From positions 313-64,312 of the forward strand of contig CADCLU010000011.1 of the NCBI GenBank assembly GCA_902802355.1: a DNA stretch of 64,000 bases. Direction: 5' to 3'. Origin of the DNA: an uncultured Erysipelotrichaceae bacterium (GTDB taxonomy: Bacteria; Bacillota_I; Bacilli_A; RFN20; CAG-826). The notes under the pieces were generated by a model. That model was not told the DNA's origin. It saw only the letters and a list, made by a program, of their open reading frames with translations, and searched no databases. The position numbers and the translations under genes were made by a program. Positions 8,015 through 17,113 of the stretch are shown one piece after another. Position 1 is the first letter of the stretch. Each line of letters begins with the position of its first letter.

Positions 8015-8293
8015 TTAAGTTAGATATTGAGTTGTACTACTAAACGCTTTGGAGGTTTTTCGTGTGACCAAAAATGCCAAAATCCCAAATTTAATTATAG
8101 CCATCCCATTATTGTCGTTGAAATCTCGCGTAAATAGGCGGAAGTTATCCAAAAACGTGGATTTGCCCTGCTTAAAGGATCGTCTCTTATGGTAGCCTTT
8201 AGCAGTTCGCATAATAAAAGAGCGGCATCCGAGGAAGTCGAATCCGCTCCAGATTTCATGAAGCTCTCCATTGGGCCAGCGTTGCCAACCCAA
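8015..8293 (-). CDS. 92-codon ORF of unknown function (possibly a gene remnant)
   Basis: The ORF starts 10 nt after the ABC ATPase stop. A WQRW..GE motif followed by SGF faintly recalls the C-terminal Y..RW.IE region of DDE transposases. The call is weak. Confidence 0.2.
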   Translation of the reverse strand: MGWQRWPNGELHEIWSGFDFLGCRSFIMRTAKGYHKRRSFKQGKSTFLDNFRLFTRDFNDNNGMAIIKFGILAFLVTRKTSKAFSSTTQYLT

Positions 8294-8305
8294 TGAATGT
8301 TTTTA

Positions 8306-9928
8306 CTATTCCAGAATCTCCAATGCGCCGAGAGTCAAGAGCCTTTGTGTCTTGCGGTCGAAAAGCATGATGTGGTGTCCGGAGAATCCCAGTTTAACCT
8401 GGGTACCCATGGGGTAGTCAACCGCGCCGAAGACGTCGCCTGTCAGCAAGAAGTTACCCACTTCAAGGCGGATCGTCGTTTCTTTGCCGGTGGGCATGGC
8501 CGAATAGACTTGAGCATTGAGTTTGCCGTCTTCATTGATGGTGATGTATTCCGAGCGGATGCCGAGGACAAAATCATCATCCTCGATGATAGGATTGTCC
8601 ACGACGTCGACAGGCTGTCGGATGAGCGGAATTTTATACGGGAAGGGCACATCCTTGTTGGACTTGTCCGCGGTTGGAACGCGGGCGGTGGCAGCGATTT
8701 CAGCGCGCTTTTTCGCGAGGTCGAAGGTTGCCTCCCGCGGCGTGAAGACCGCTTTATGGCCGCCGAGCAACTCGAATTCGAATTGGCCTTTCGCATTTGC
8801 TTTCCCCTTCACTTCCACCAAGTTGACCGATGGCGTGCCGATAAAGTCCGCAGTAAAGAGGTTGGTCGGACGATGATAGATCTCTAGTGGCGGATCATAT
8901 TGTTGCAGGACCGCGTTATCCATCAAGCAGACCTTGGTCGCGAGCGTCATGGCCTCGAGTTGGTCGTGGGTGACGTAAACGAAGGTAGCGCCGGTTTCCA
9001 TGTGCAGCCTCTTTAATTCGGAACGCATCTCAAGGCGCAGCTTCGCGTCGAGGTTACTTAGCGGCTCGTCCATGAAGAGGACTCTTGGCCCTGGGGCGAG
9101 GGTACGCGCGATGGCGACGCGCTGCTGTTGGCCACCGGAAAGCTCGGCGGGGTAACGGTCCATAAACTGGCCGATTTTCAAGGTACGTGCAGAGGCACGA
9201 AGTTTGAGGTCGATCTCCTCCGGGGAGAGTTTACGCATCTTGACCAAAGGCTTACCATCGTCGCCAAGAATACGGAATTTCTCGTCAAGATTGATGCCTT
9301 TTGCAGCGTATTTGATACGGATGGCATCCATTTTGGCATTGGCCTTGTTTGTCTCCGCTTCCGCGATTTGTACGCGATTTGCGCCGTCTTTTTGAAGTCC
9401 AAGTTTGAAGACCTTCTTCGCGGTCGGATAAGAGACCTCAAAGAAATCGGTGATCTTCAAGATTGCGGAGTCCATCTTGATGTTGCCGTCTTTGTCCTTG
9501 GAGTCATTGATCAGCGAGACGATTTTGTCGGGCTTGCTGAGGATGCGGATATAGTCGTTAAGGCGCACGAGCGACCATTCATAGACTTCCATCTCCTCTT
9601 TGACGTTCTTCAAGCCAAAGACGATGTTTTCATAGACGGTCATGTTCGGCCAAAGAGCATAGTTTTGGAACAGGAAGCCGACCTTGCGCTTGGAAGCGGG
9701 AACGTTGATGCCCGCCTCCGAATCGAAAACGACGGTGTCGCCGATGGTGATGCGGCCGCTAGTGGGTGTCTCTAAACCCGCGATCATGCGAAGCGTCGTC
9801 GTCTTGCCACAGCCCGAAGGCCCTAGCAACGTGACGAAGGCATTATCGGCGATTTCGAGGTTGAGTTCGTCGACGCCATAGTAATTGCCCCACTTCTTAT
9901 TGACGTGTTCGAGAATGATTTTAGGCAT
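8306..9928 (-). CDS. ABC importer ATP-binding protein (MalK/FbpC-like) with a large insertion in the helical subdomain and a C-terminal regulatory domain
   Basis: Walker [11 protein letters not shown]-loop FQNYALWP, signature LSGGQQQR, Walker [14 protein letters not shown]-loop YVTHDQ. I place the start at ATG 9928 (GGAGGAGG SD) rather than 9967. Confidence 0.9.
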   Translation of the reverse strand: MPKIILEHVNKKWGNYYGVDELNLEIADNAFVTLLGPSGCGKTTTLRMIAGLETPTSGRITIGDTVVFDSEAGINVPASKRKVGFLFQNYALWPNMTVYENIVFGLKNVKEEMEVYEWSLVRLNDYIRILSKPDKIVSLINDSKDKDGNIKMDSAILKITDFFEVSYPTAKKVFKLGLQKDGANRVQIAEAETNKANAKMDAIRIKYAAKGINLDEKFRILGDDGKPLVKMRKLSPEEIDLKLRASARTLKIGQFMDRYPAELSGGQQQRVAIARTLAPGPRVLFMDEPLSNLDAKLRLEMRSELKRLHMETGATFVYVTHDQLEAMTLATKVCLMDNAVLQQYDPPLEIYHRPTNLFTADFIGTPSVNLVEVKGKANAKGQFEFELLGGHKAVFTPREATFDLAKKRAEIAATARVPTADKSNKDVPFPYKIPLIRQPVDVVDNPIIEDDDFVLGIRSEYITINEDGKLNAQVYSAMPTGKETTIRLEVGNFLLTGDVFGAVDYPMGTQVKLGFSGHHIMLFDRKTQRLLTLGALEILE

Positions 9929-11780
9929 TTTTCTTACCTCCTCCGATGCCGGAATCGATGGAGGCACCGGTTAATAGATTGACGAGTAGGTTCGCGGCGA
10001 GTACGAACAAGATGATGATGAGGTTGACCGCCGAGGAGAAAGGCGTGAGGCCCATCTCATCGTAATAAGCCAGCGAAGTAGTCGCGAGTTGGTCGTTATT
10101 GGAAACGAGGAACATAAAGAGGTTCAGCTCGCGCATACCCGTGATAAAGGGTAACAAATAACCGGAGATAATCGCCGATTTTTGAATGGGGATGACGATG
10201 CGGCCCATCCTCTTCCACCATGGGGCGCCTTGGATGACCGCAGCCTCTTCGATTTCTGGAGAAAGCTGCATCATGGCCGACAAAGACGAACGGGAGGAGA
10301 ACGGGATATATTTCACCGAGCCGCAGAGAATCATCAGCACCATCGTACCGACAAAGCCGCCAAGGCCTACTTGTAGACCAAAGGCGTAATAAGCGACGGA
10401 GAAAGCCACCGCCGGAATCAGGTACGGGAAGAAGGACATGCCGTTCACATAGGAAGCAAATTTGCTCTTGCGTTTTCGGCTGACGGCATAGCCGGCCAAG
10501 AAGCCGATGGAGCCCGCGATGAGGGCGCAGCTAATGGCGACGATGGCCTGATTGCGGAACGAAGCCCAAAGAGAGGCGTTATACAAGACGCCATAGTTGC
10601 CATACATACCAACTTCGCCGTTTTCATGGTAGACCCACCACTTGGTCGTGAAGGAGGAATAATCGCCAGGATTTTCCACAAAGGTCTCCAATGTGAATGA
10701 GAGAATCGGCAATAATGACGTCAACAAAGTCGCGAGGATTAAGACGACCGCGCACACCCACTTAAACACCTTCCCAAGGTTGATTTTGGTGGCTTGGGCA
10801 GACTTACCGGAGACGGTGATGAATTGTTTTCTCGAATGCATCGTGATTTGGTTCACAATGAGGATGAGAAAGCCAATGATGAGCATGACAATACCAATAA
10901 TCGCGGCGTAGCCATCGCCCGTAATGGCGCGTAATTCAATATACGATGTCGCCAAAACCGAGAAGTTCTTGCCACCGATATAGTGGACGACCGGATAAGA
11001 ACCCACAGCGCTAGAGAAGACAAGCAGGATGGTCGATAAAATGGCGGGGATGATCATCGGGATCGTGATACGGAAAATGATTTTCCACTTCGGGGTATTG
11101 AGGATGGTGGCCGCCTCTTCCAAAGAAGCGTCCATATTCTTGAAGATGCCGCCGATGAGAATATAGGCAAAGGCGGCATAGTGCATGCCCAGTACCATGG
11201 CGCAGGGGAATAACCCTCGGCACCACCACTCGGGCATGGCGATGGCCCCGTTGCTGATAAAAGCGAGCAAGCCATCCGCGCCGCCGGTGACCTTCGCCGA
11301 CCAGAAGAGGTTCTTCCAAACCAAGGCGAGGGTCCATTGGGGCATGATGTAGGGAAAGATGAAGACGGTCGAAATCCATTTCTTGCACGGCATATTGGTA
11401 CGCGTGACCAAAAAAGCTGCAACACCACCAAAAATCAGTGCAAAAACGCAACTTAATGTCGCTAGAAGCAACGAATTGCCTAAAGGTTCCCAAAGGTATT
11501 TTTGACCATATGGGCCGGAAAACAAATAAGACCAGTTGGCGGCCTGTAAGCCATCGAGGGGGTAGCCTAGGGAGCTAGCAATCATTTGTTCCTTGCCCGG
11601 ATGGATGGTCAAGGAATTCTGAACGACAGACCACAAAGGATAGAGGACCGCAAAAGAAAGGATAATTCCCAAAACGAGAAGAATGGTATTCTCCGGACGA
11701 TTCAACCACGTCGTCACCGACGTTAGCACTTTAGAAAAACGGCCGGGAGCGTGGGGAGGGTTGGCAGGAGATTTCGTCAT
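9921..11780 (-). CDS. Fused double-domain ABC importer permease (FbpB/AfuB-like, about 12 TM)
   Basis: 619 aa with two EAA-type loops (LEEAATILNTPKWKIIFRITIP and IEEAAVIQGAPWWKRMGRIVIP). Confidence 0.85.
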   Translation of the reverse strand: MTKSPANPPHAPGRFSKVLTSVTTWLNRPENTILLVLGIILSFAVLYPLWSVVQNSLTIHPGKEQMIASSLGYPLDGLQAANWSYLFSGPYGQKYLWEPLGNSLLLATLSCVFALIFGGVAAFLVTRTNMPCKKWISTVFIFPYIMPQWTLALVWKNLFWSAKVTGGADGLLAFISNGAIAMPEWWCRGLFPCAMVLGMHYAAFAYILIGGIFKNMDASLEEAATILNTPKWKIIFRITIPMIIPAILSTILLVFSSAVGSYPVVHYIGGKNFSVLATSYIELRAITGDGYAAIIGIVMLIIGFLILIVNQITMHSRKQFITVSGKSAQATKINLGKVFKWVCAVVLILATLLTSLLPILSFTLETFVENPGDYSSFTTKWWVYHENGEVGMYGNYGVLYNASLWASFRNQAIVAISCALIAGSIGFLAGYAVSRKRKSKFASYVNGMSFFPYLIPAVAFSVAYYAFGLQVGLGGFVGTMVLMILCGSVKYIPFSSRSSLSAMMQLSPEIEEAAVIQGAPWWKRMGRIVIPIQKSAIISGYLLPFITGMRELNLFMFLVSNNDQLATTSLAYYDEMGLTPFSSAVNLIIILFVLAANLLVNLLTGASIDSGIGGGKKNA

Positions 11781-11859
11781 AATGACCTCCTTGATTACAG
11801 GATAAGGCCGTAAGGGTGCGCCCCTTACGGCCTAGTTTGCAAACGTTTTGCGGGGCGAC

Positions 11860-13236
11860 TTATTTGAGGGTGTCGAGCCAGGTGCCAACCGTCAATTCGG
11901 CGGAAGCACAATAGGCGCCATCCTCGACGACAAGGTTGCCCTTGCCTTCGCCGGTGCCGACCCACCAGTCGTAGCCTTTGTCATTCAAGACGGGGAATTC
12001 TTCGCCACCGTCTTTGGAGTGATCCTGGTTGACGCCCGGAGTCGTGTTGGAGCAATAGCCACCGATATCCTTACCCCAAGCGGCGAAGCCGTCATGGGTG
12101 CAGGTCATGAAGTGAATGAACGCGCAGCTGGTCCAGGGATATGGAGAAGTCTTGAGGACCTGGAGATAATGCTTATACATGTATCCGCCAATGCCCTTAT
12201 AGCCATCCTGATAGGCAGCTACGGTGACGTTCTTCTTTGAAGAGGTATCCGACTCGGTGATGGAGCGGAGCTTGGAGTAGACGATGCAGGCGGAGGAGCC
12301 AGCGGCAGCCGTGGTTACGAGTTCGTTGCAAATTGGGCCATCATCGGTGCGGGCCGCGTACTGGTTGAGCCAGAGTTTCGCGAAGGCGAGGCCATATTTG
12401 CCCGATTCGGCATCGAGCTTGAATTCGGTCGCTTTGGCCGCGAGGTCATTGGCTTCTTTCTCAATACGTTCTTTTTCAGCGCCTTCAAGAGCCTTGGCGG
12501 CGTTCATGAGGATGTCGCTGTACTTCTTTTGGCTGAGCATGATGAGCCAGTTACGGCCAACCGGTTCAGACTGCGGAGTCATGAACATCGGGGCTTCGCC
12601 AGCTCGCACAAAATCCCAGCAATTCTTGAAGGTTTTGGTCTTGTCCAAATTGTTGAATTCGAAGATTTTGTTCAGGGATTGCAAAGCAAATGGCTCTTTG
12701 TTGGATTCTTCGCCCTGCCACTCCTTCGGGACATAGTTGTAGAAATTGCCGGTGTTGATCTCTTTGGCGGCGATTTGGTTCGCGTCCTGAATGAGGGTCA
12801 TCGCGATGACGTGGTTGGAGGATTTCATATCTGTGTCGATCATCGTGAAGATGGAGTTCTCCTTGGGCTGCGTCCAGTTGATGGTGCAGTTGAAGTTCTC
12901 ATCGGCATAGGGGAACGCCTTCTTGATCTCCTCAGAGGGGTTGCCATCTTTGTCGAGGCCCTTCAAATAGTTAATGAAGTACTCTTTGGCGGTTTTGCCA
13001 CGGCTGGAGTTTCCGATACCGGTGAACTCTTTGCCATTAATTTCTTCCATGGCCTTTTTGTAGAGTTCCTTAGCTTCCATGGTTTCGGCCTGCTTGATGA
13101 CCTTGTAGACGGGATTGTCCTCGTCGATGATGTAGGAAACCTTTGGCGTGACGGCAGCTCCGTCACCACCACAGGCACTTAAAGCGACGCCTAAAAGCGT
13201 GGCGCCAGCAACGACAAACAGTTTATGTTTTCTCAT
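11860..13236 (-). CDS. ABC importer substrate-binding lipoprotein (ligand unknown)
   Basis: 458 aa. Signal peptide with lipobox LSAC. First gene of an SBP-permease-ATPase operon. Confidence 0.75.
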   Translation of the reverse strand: MRKHKLFVVAGATLLGVALSACGGDGAAVTPKVSYIIDEDNPVYKVIKQAETMEAKELYKKAMEEINGKEFTGIGNSSRGKTAKEYFINYLKGLDKDGNPSEEIKKAFPYADENFNCTINWTQPKENSIFTMIDTDMKSSNHVIAMTLIQDANQIAAKEINTGNFYNYVPKEWQGEESNKEPFALQSLNKIFEFNNLDKTKTFKNCWDFVRAGEAPMFMTPQSEPVGRNWLIMLSQKKYSDILMNAAKALEGAEKERIEKEANDLAAKATEFKLDAESGKYGLAFAKLWLNQYAARTDDGPICNELVTTAAAGSSACIVYSKLRSITESDTSSKKNVTVAAYQDGYKGIGGYMYKHYLQVLKTSPYPWTSCAFIHFMTCTHDGFAAWGKDIGGYCSNTTPGVNQDHSKDGGEEFPVLNDKGYDWWVGTGEGKGNLVVEDGAYCASAELTVGTWLDTLK

Positions 13237-13318
13237 AAACTCTCACTTTCTGCGGAGATCAGAAGTCTTCCGCTATATGTGGACTTTCCCTTAGGGCCAG
13301 TCCTTAAACTCTAGGTCT

Positions 13319-13347
13319 ATCTTAGTATGGTAGCGCTTACATTTCAA
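13319..13347 (-). promoter_or_regulatory. Candidate sigma-A promoter of the ABC importer operon
   Basis: On the minus strand, TTGAAA-17 nt-TAAGAT. Confidence 0.35.
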
Positions 13348-13694
13348 GAGATAAGGCGCCGCTTTTTTCTCGTGCTTTTCCCAACGATATTGCAATGAAA
13401 ATACTTATTGATGTATTTTTCGTTTTCGTAATATTCGTCTATTTCCAACACGCATTTGGTTGGGCCGACGGCATATCCGGTTTCTTCGGATATTTCACGG
13501 ACGACGCAACTTGTTTCATTTTCGCCTTCTTCTAGTCCGCCGCCGGGAACCATCCATACATCGTTATTTCTAGCGTACACCAAGAGGATATTGTCGTTGC
13601 GAGTAACAATCCCACGACAGGCAACTCTGATATTTGAGTAGTAGCCAAAATAATTGTCGCCGCGAATCTCAATGAAGTCGTCATTTACCTGCAT
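13344..13694 (-). CDS. NUDIX hydrolase (short)
   Basis: Nudix box GGGLEEGENETSCVVREISEETG. Confidence 0.8.
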   Translation of the reverse strand: MQVNDDFIEIRGDNYFGYYSNIRVACRGIVTRNDNILLVYARNNDVWMVPGGGLEEGENETSCVVREISEETGYAVGPTKCVLEIDEYYENEKYINKYFHCNIVGKSTRKKRRLIS

Positions 13695-13843
13695 GTTCCT
13701 AAATCCAAAACTTTGATAGATGGCTTTGTGGGCCTGTTTTTTCTGTTTCTATATACTAAAGTATATGAATTCTGCCATTTTAGGTACACAAAATCTCTTC
13801 AACAGGAGCACTTAATCGACGCTTCCGGCGAGTTCGAGACACA

Positions 13844-13865
13844 AGAAAACCGCCCTTTCGGACGG
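13844..13865 (-). terminator. Intrinsic terminator after tRNA-Ala
   Basis: The minus strand reads CCGUCC-gaaa-GGGCGG followed by UUUUC. The G-U pair makes it minus-strand specific. Confidence 0.6.
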
Positions 13866-13934
13866 CTGTCTATGGATACGTCGTTTTGTCCAACTTCGGA
13901 TAAGTGACTTTGGACTACGACAAGAAAATAAAAA

Positions 13935-14010
13935 TGGTGGAGCATAACGGGATCGAACCGTCGACCTCATCGTTGCGAACGATGCGCTCTCCCAACTGAG
14001 CTAATGCCCC
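13935..14010 (-). tRNA. tRNA-Ala (anticodon CGC), CCA encoded
   Basis: A 76-nt cloverleaf folded by hand. The acceptor stem GGGGCAT/ATGCTCC has G3:U70, the anticodon stem-loop is CATCG-TTCGCAA-CGATG, and the T-loop is GGTTCGATCC. Confidence 0.93.
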
Positions 14011-14022
14011 AACCGCTCGAAC

Positions 14023-14051
14023 ATTATAGTTAGCAATTGGATTTCTTACAA
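14023..14051 (-). promoter_or_regulatory. Candidate sigma-A promoter of tRNA-Ala
   Basis: On the minus strand, TTGTAA-17 nt-TATAAT, ending 12 nt before the mature 5' end. Confidence 0.5.
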
Positions 14052-14071
14052 GGAAACTTCTTTACTAAGAG

Positions 14072-14102
14072 GAGAAAAGGGCCCTTGGAGCAGAGGGCCC
14101 TT
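14072..14102 (-). terminator. Intrinsic terminator of the feo operon
   Basis: AAGGGCCC-N10-GGGCCCTT followed by TTCTCC on the minus strand. A second 9-bp hairpin lies at 14126-14153. Confidence 0.6.
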
Positions 14103-14182
14103 CATGGAGGGTATTACGCAATCGGAAGAGGAGGGCTCTTCAACTCCTCTTCTTCCTTCATGAATGCGAGTTGATTAACGTC

Positions 14183-14386
14183 TTATTTGGCTTCGGACTT
14201 GTGATACTCTTCGACAAGGTTCGTTTTCTTGCGACAAGCACCGCATCCGCAGCAGGATGGGCAGTTCCCTGGGCAGTCTGATCCAAGGGACTTTCCCGTT
14301 TTCTTTTTGAGGATGGCGTTCCAAACGAAAACGCCAACCACGAATAAGACGGCAGCAATTATGATGAGAATCTCATACCACTGCAT
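14183..14386 (-). CDS. FeoB-associated Cys-rich small membrane protein
   Basis: 67 aa with an N-terminal TM then DCPGNCPSCCGCGAC. It lies directly downstream of feoB. Confidence 0.8.
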   Translation of the reverse strand: MQWYEILIIIAAVLFVVGVFVWNAILKKKTGKSLGSDCPGNCPSCCGCGACRKKTNLVEEYHKSEAK

Positions 14387-14397
14387 AGTAGTTCACC

Positions 14398-16716
14398 TTA
14401 CGCTCTAACAGCGAGAGCCTCTTTGTGTCTCTTGGAGACAACGATTCCGCAGCCGACGATAGCACCGACGAGAACCAAGGTGATGATAAGACCAAGCCAC
14501 CAGGCAAAGACATAAGCGGCACCGACCCAGTAGATGATGAGGGAGACGACATATGACATGGCGAACCACCAAAGAAGGGTAAGCCAGAAGTGTTTGCCTT
14601 TGAGCTCGCCATGAGCAGCGCCGATAGCGGCGAAGCATGGGATGGTGAAGAGGTTGTAAGCAGCAAAGCTGTAAGCTCCAGCGGCATTGAGGGCGACAGA
14701 GCCTTCATCAAGACCAAGGACCGCCATTGTGGCGACGACATCCTCTTTAGCGATAAGGCCGGTGATCGTGGCGACAGAGTACTTCCAGCCATCCGCGCCA
14801 TAAGTCCAACCGCCTTCAAGGCAGCCAAGAGGATAGAAGAAGAATTTAAGTCCTTGTCCAAGGGTACCAAGGATGGACCATTCCATGTTATAGGCAAGCT
14901 CCATCTCGCCTTCTTCGTTCATGACTTCAACGAAGTATGGGTAGACATCTCCGCCGAAGCTGAATGTTGCATCATGCAATGACTCGTTGAAAGCATTGTT
15001 ATACCAGAAGTCCCAACCGAAGTTGCTGAAGAACCAAATGATGATGGTGCAGGCAAGGATGATGGTGCAGGCTTTGACGACATAGTGCTTAAGCTTGTCC
15101 CAAAGGAGGGCTAAGACGTTACGAGCCTGTGGGAGATGATATTCCGGAAGCTCCATGACAAACGGCGCAACATAATGCTCTTTGGAGAAAAGCTTTAAGA
15201 ACAAAGCGAAGATGATTGCAGCGGCAATACCACCGAGATAGATAGCGAAGACGAAGATGTCCCCTGCTGCTCCCATCATTGCGCCAATGCCAGCGAGGAA
15301 AGCCCAAATTGGGGCTTTTGCGCCACAGGAGAAGCAAGTCATCAAACGGATAGTGAGGCGTTTTTCTCTATCGTCACCAAGGGTCCTCGTTGCCATGATG
15401 GCAGGAACGGAACAACCAAAGCCGGTGAGCATTGGGATGAACGCTCTTCCCGATAAACCGAATTTTTTGAAAGCGCGGTCAAGGATGAAGGCGATACGAG
15501 CCATGTATCCAGAATCTTCAAGGATAGCGATGAAGAAGAATAAGAGCATGATCTGAGGAACGAAGCTCAAGACCGCAGAGACGCCACCTAACACGCCATC
15601 GAGGAGGAACGAAGTGTACCAAGCCTCTGGCATAACGTTTCTGAGGTTATCAATGATAAGGGAGTCGGTAAACCACCCAAACCAAGATTGAAGGAACACG
15701 CCAAGCGACGGTATTCCATCAACTGGTTCGCCAGACATGCCGGAGAAGAAGTCGGCAGCCGCGCCTTCCATATGGACAGGGATGAAGAAGAGAGCCTCAC
15801 CAAAGGTGAAGTGGAAGACAAGGAACATGATGAAAACAAAGATTGGAAGACTCCAAATCCTATGGGTCAAAACCCTGTCGATCTTTTCAGAAGTTGTTAA
15901 CTGTCTTTCTTTTGTACTAATTCCTGCCGCTTTTTCCTTTGAGACGAAAGCACCCATGAAGTGACTGCAGATGTAGTTATATCTAGCATCGGCAATCAAG
16001 GCCTCGAAATCAGAACCAAAGGTTTCGTTTTTATAGAACTTTTTGAAAGCCATGACCATCTCAGCGATGTCTCTATGGTCTTTTGCCTCAAGTTCATCGA
16101 GTTCAATCAATTTGATGGCGTGGAATAAAGGATAGGCAACATTCTGAGCCTCGAAAGCGGCTTTAACGTTGCTGAGAAGACTAAGAAGCTCTTTGTCTTC
16201 GATGACGGTTGAACCTTCTCTTTTATGCTTTGAAGCCTCATAGGCGACCTTCATGAGCTCATCAATGTTCTCTGCTTTAAGAGCAGAAATCTCAACGACC
16301 GGAACGCCTAGGCTCTTCGAAAGCTTATCGATTTTGATGCTGTCGCCCCTTTTGCGAAGGACATCACTCATGTTGAGAGCGACGACCATTGGGATATCGA
16401 TCTCAAGCAACTGAGTAGTCAAATAAAGGTTTCTTTCGATGTTGGTTGCATCGACGATGTTGATGATGCAATCAGGTTTCTCATCAAGGATGTAGTTTCT
16501 CGAAACGACTTCCTCGCTTGTGTACGGCGAAAGGGAATAGATGCCAGGAAGGTCGATGATGTCGATATCTTCATCAAGCTTCTTGTAGCTTCCTTCCTTT
16601 TTATCAACGGTGACACCAGGCCAGTTACCAACGTGGGCGGTCGATCCAGTCAAAGAGTTGAATAAGGTGGTCTTTCCGGAGTTCGGATTTCCGGCTAATG
16701 CAAAACGTTTGCTCAT
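14398..16716 (-). CDS. feoB: Ferrous iron transporter FeoB
   Basis: N-terminal G domain GNPNSGKTTLFN...DLPG, followed by a polytopic permease. 772 aa. Confidence 0.95.
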   Translation of the reverse strand: MSKRFALAGNPNSGKTTLFNSLTGSTAHVGNWPGVTVDKKEGSYKKLDEDIDIIDLPGIYSLSPYTSEEVVSRNYILDEKPDCIINIVDATNIERNLYLTTQLLEIDIPMVVALNMSDVLRKRGDSIKIDKLSKSLGVPVVEISALKAENIDELMKVAYEASKHKREGSTVIEDKELLSLLSNVKAAFEAQNVAYPLFHAIKLIELDELEAKDHRDIAEMVMAFKKFYKNETFGSDFEALIADARYNYICSHFMGAFVSKEKAAGISTKERQLTTSEKIDRVLTHRIWSLPIFVFIMFLVFHFTFGEALFFIPVHMEGAAADFFSGMSGEPVDGIPSLGVFLQSWFGWFTDSLIIDNLRNVMPEAWYTSFLLDGVLGGVSAVLSFVPQIMLLFFFIAILEDSGYMARIAFILDRAFKKFGLSGRAFIPMLTGFGCSVPAIMATRTLGDDREKRLTIRLMTCFSCGAKAPIWAFLAGIGAMMGAAGDIFVFAIYLGGIAAAIIFALFLKLFSKEHYVAPFVMELPEYHLPQARNVLALLWDKLKHYVVKACTIILACTIIIWFFSNFGWDFWYNNAFNESLHDATFSFGGDVYPYFVEVMNEEGEMELAYNMEWSILGTLGQGLKFFFYPLGCLEGGWTYGADGWKYSVATITGLIAKEDVVATMAVLGLDEGSVALNAAGAYSFAAYNLFTIPCFAAIGAAHGELKGKHFWLTLLWWFAMSYVVSLIIYWVGAAYVFAWWLGLIITLVLVGAIVGCGIVVSKRHKEALAVRA

Positions 16717-16717
16717 A

Positions 16718-16951
16718 TTAGTCCTCCACCTCTAATTCGATTAAGTGGGCCTCGGACTTACGCAAGGTTAGTTCATAGCCCCTCAAGGTAACCTCGATTG
16801 GGTCCCCTAATGGAGCGAATTTTTTAACAGTGACTACGGCCCCTGGGGTGACACCCATATCAAAGAGCCTTCTTCTTAAGCGGCCTTCACCGTTTACTTT
16901 TTTGATTTGGCCAGTCTCGCCAACTTTTAGTTTGTCTAGTTTCTTAAGCAT
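16718..16951 (-). CDS. feoA: FeoA
   Basis: 77 aa, ...RLRRRLFDMGVTPGAVVTV..., an SH3-like FeoA pattern. It lies 1 nt upstream of feoB. Confidence 0.9.
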   Translation of the reverse strand: MLKKLDKLKVGETGQIKKVNGEGRLRRRLFDMGVTPGAVVTVKKFAPLGDPIEVTLRGYELTLRKSEAHLIELEVED

Positions 16952-17023
16952 GATTCCTTCCTTTCTATGCTACTAGAGTCACGGATGTCGGTTACCTTCT
17001 TCCTTCGGCCGCGACTATGCTTC

Positions 17024-17084
17024 GGTTAGTTCATCTAACTAATTCAGAAGAACCAAAAACGATGCCGGTTAGACATCGCTAACC
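17024..17084. promoter_or_regulatory. Two inverted repeats sharing GGTTAG/CTAAC half-sites in the feoAB leader (candidate metalloregulator operators or attenuator)
   Basis: IR1 is at 17067-17084 (GGTTAG-N6-CTAACC), abutting the -10 box. IR2 is at 17024-17040 (GGTTAG-N5-CTAAC). Confidence 0.35.
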
Positions 17085-17113
17085 AATATACACTTCACGC
17101 ACCTGTCACGCAA
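17085..17113 (-). promoter_or_regulatory. Candidate sigma-A promoter of feoAB
   Basis: On the minus strand, TTGCGT-17 nt-TATATT. The leader is about 125 nt. Confidence 0.5.

Noticed and set aside
13344-13400. The NUDIX gene (116 aa) as a homopolymer-truncated gene, with an A6 run near its 3' end.
   Set aside because: Shifting frame at the A-run gives C-terminal extensions with no Nudix-like features, and these would overrun the predicted ABC-operon promoter. The Nudix box is intact, so I keep the ORF as given.
17024-17084. Calling the feo inverted repeats a bona fide DtxR/IdeR box.
   Set aside because: The half-sites match but the spacing (5-6 nt versus 1 nt) does not. I keep them only as candidate operators of unknown regulator.
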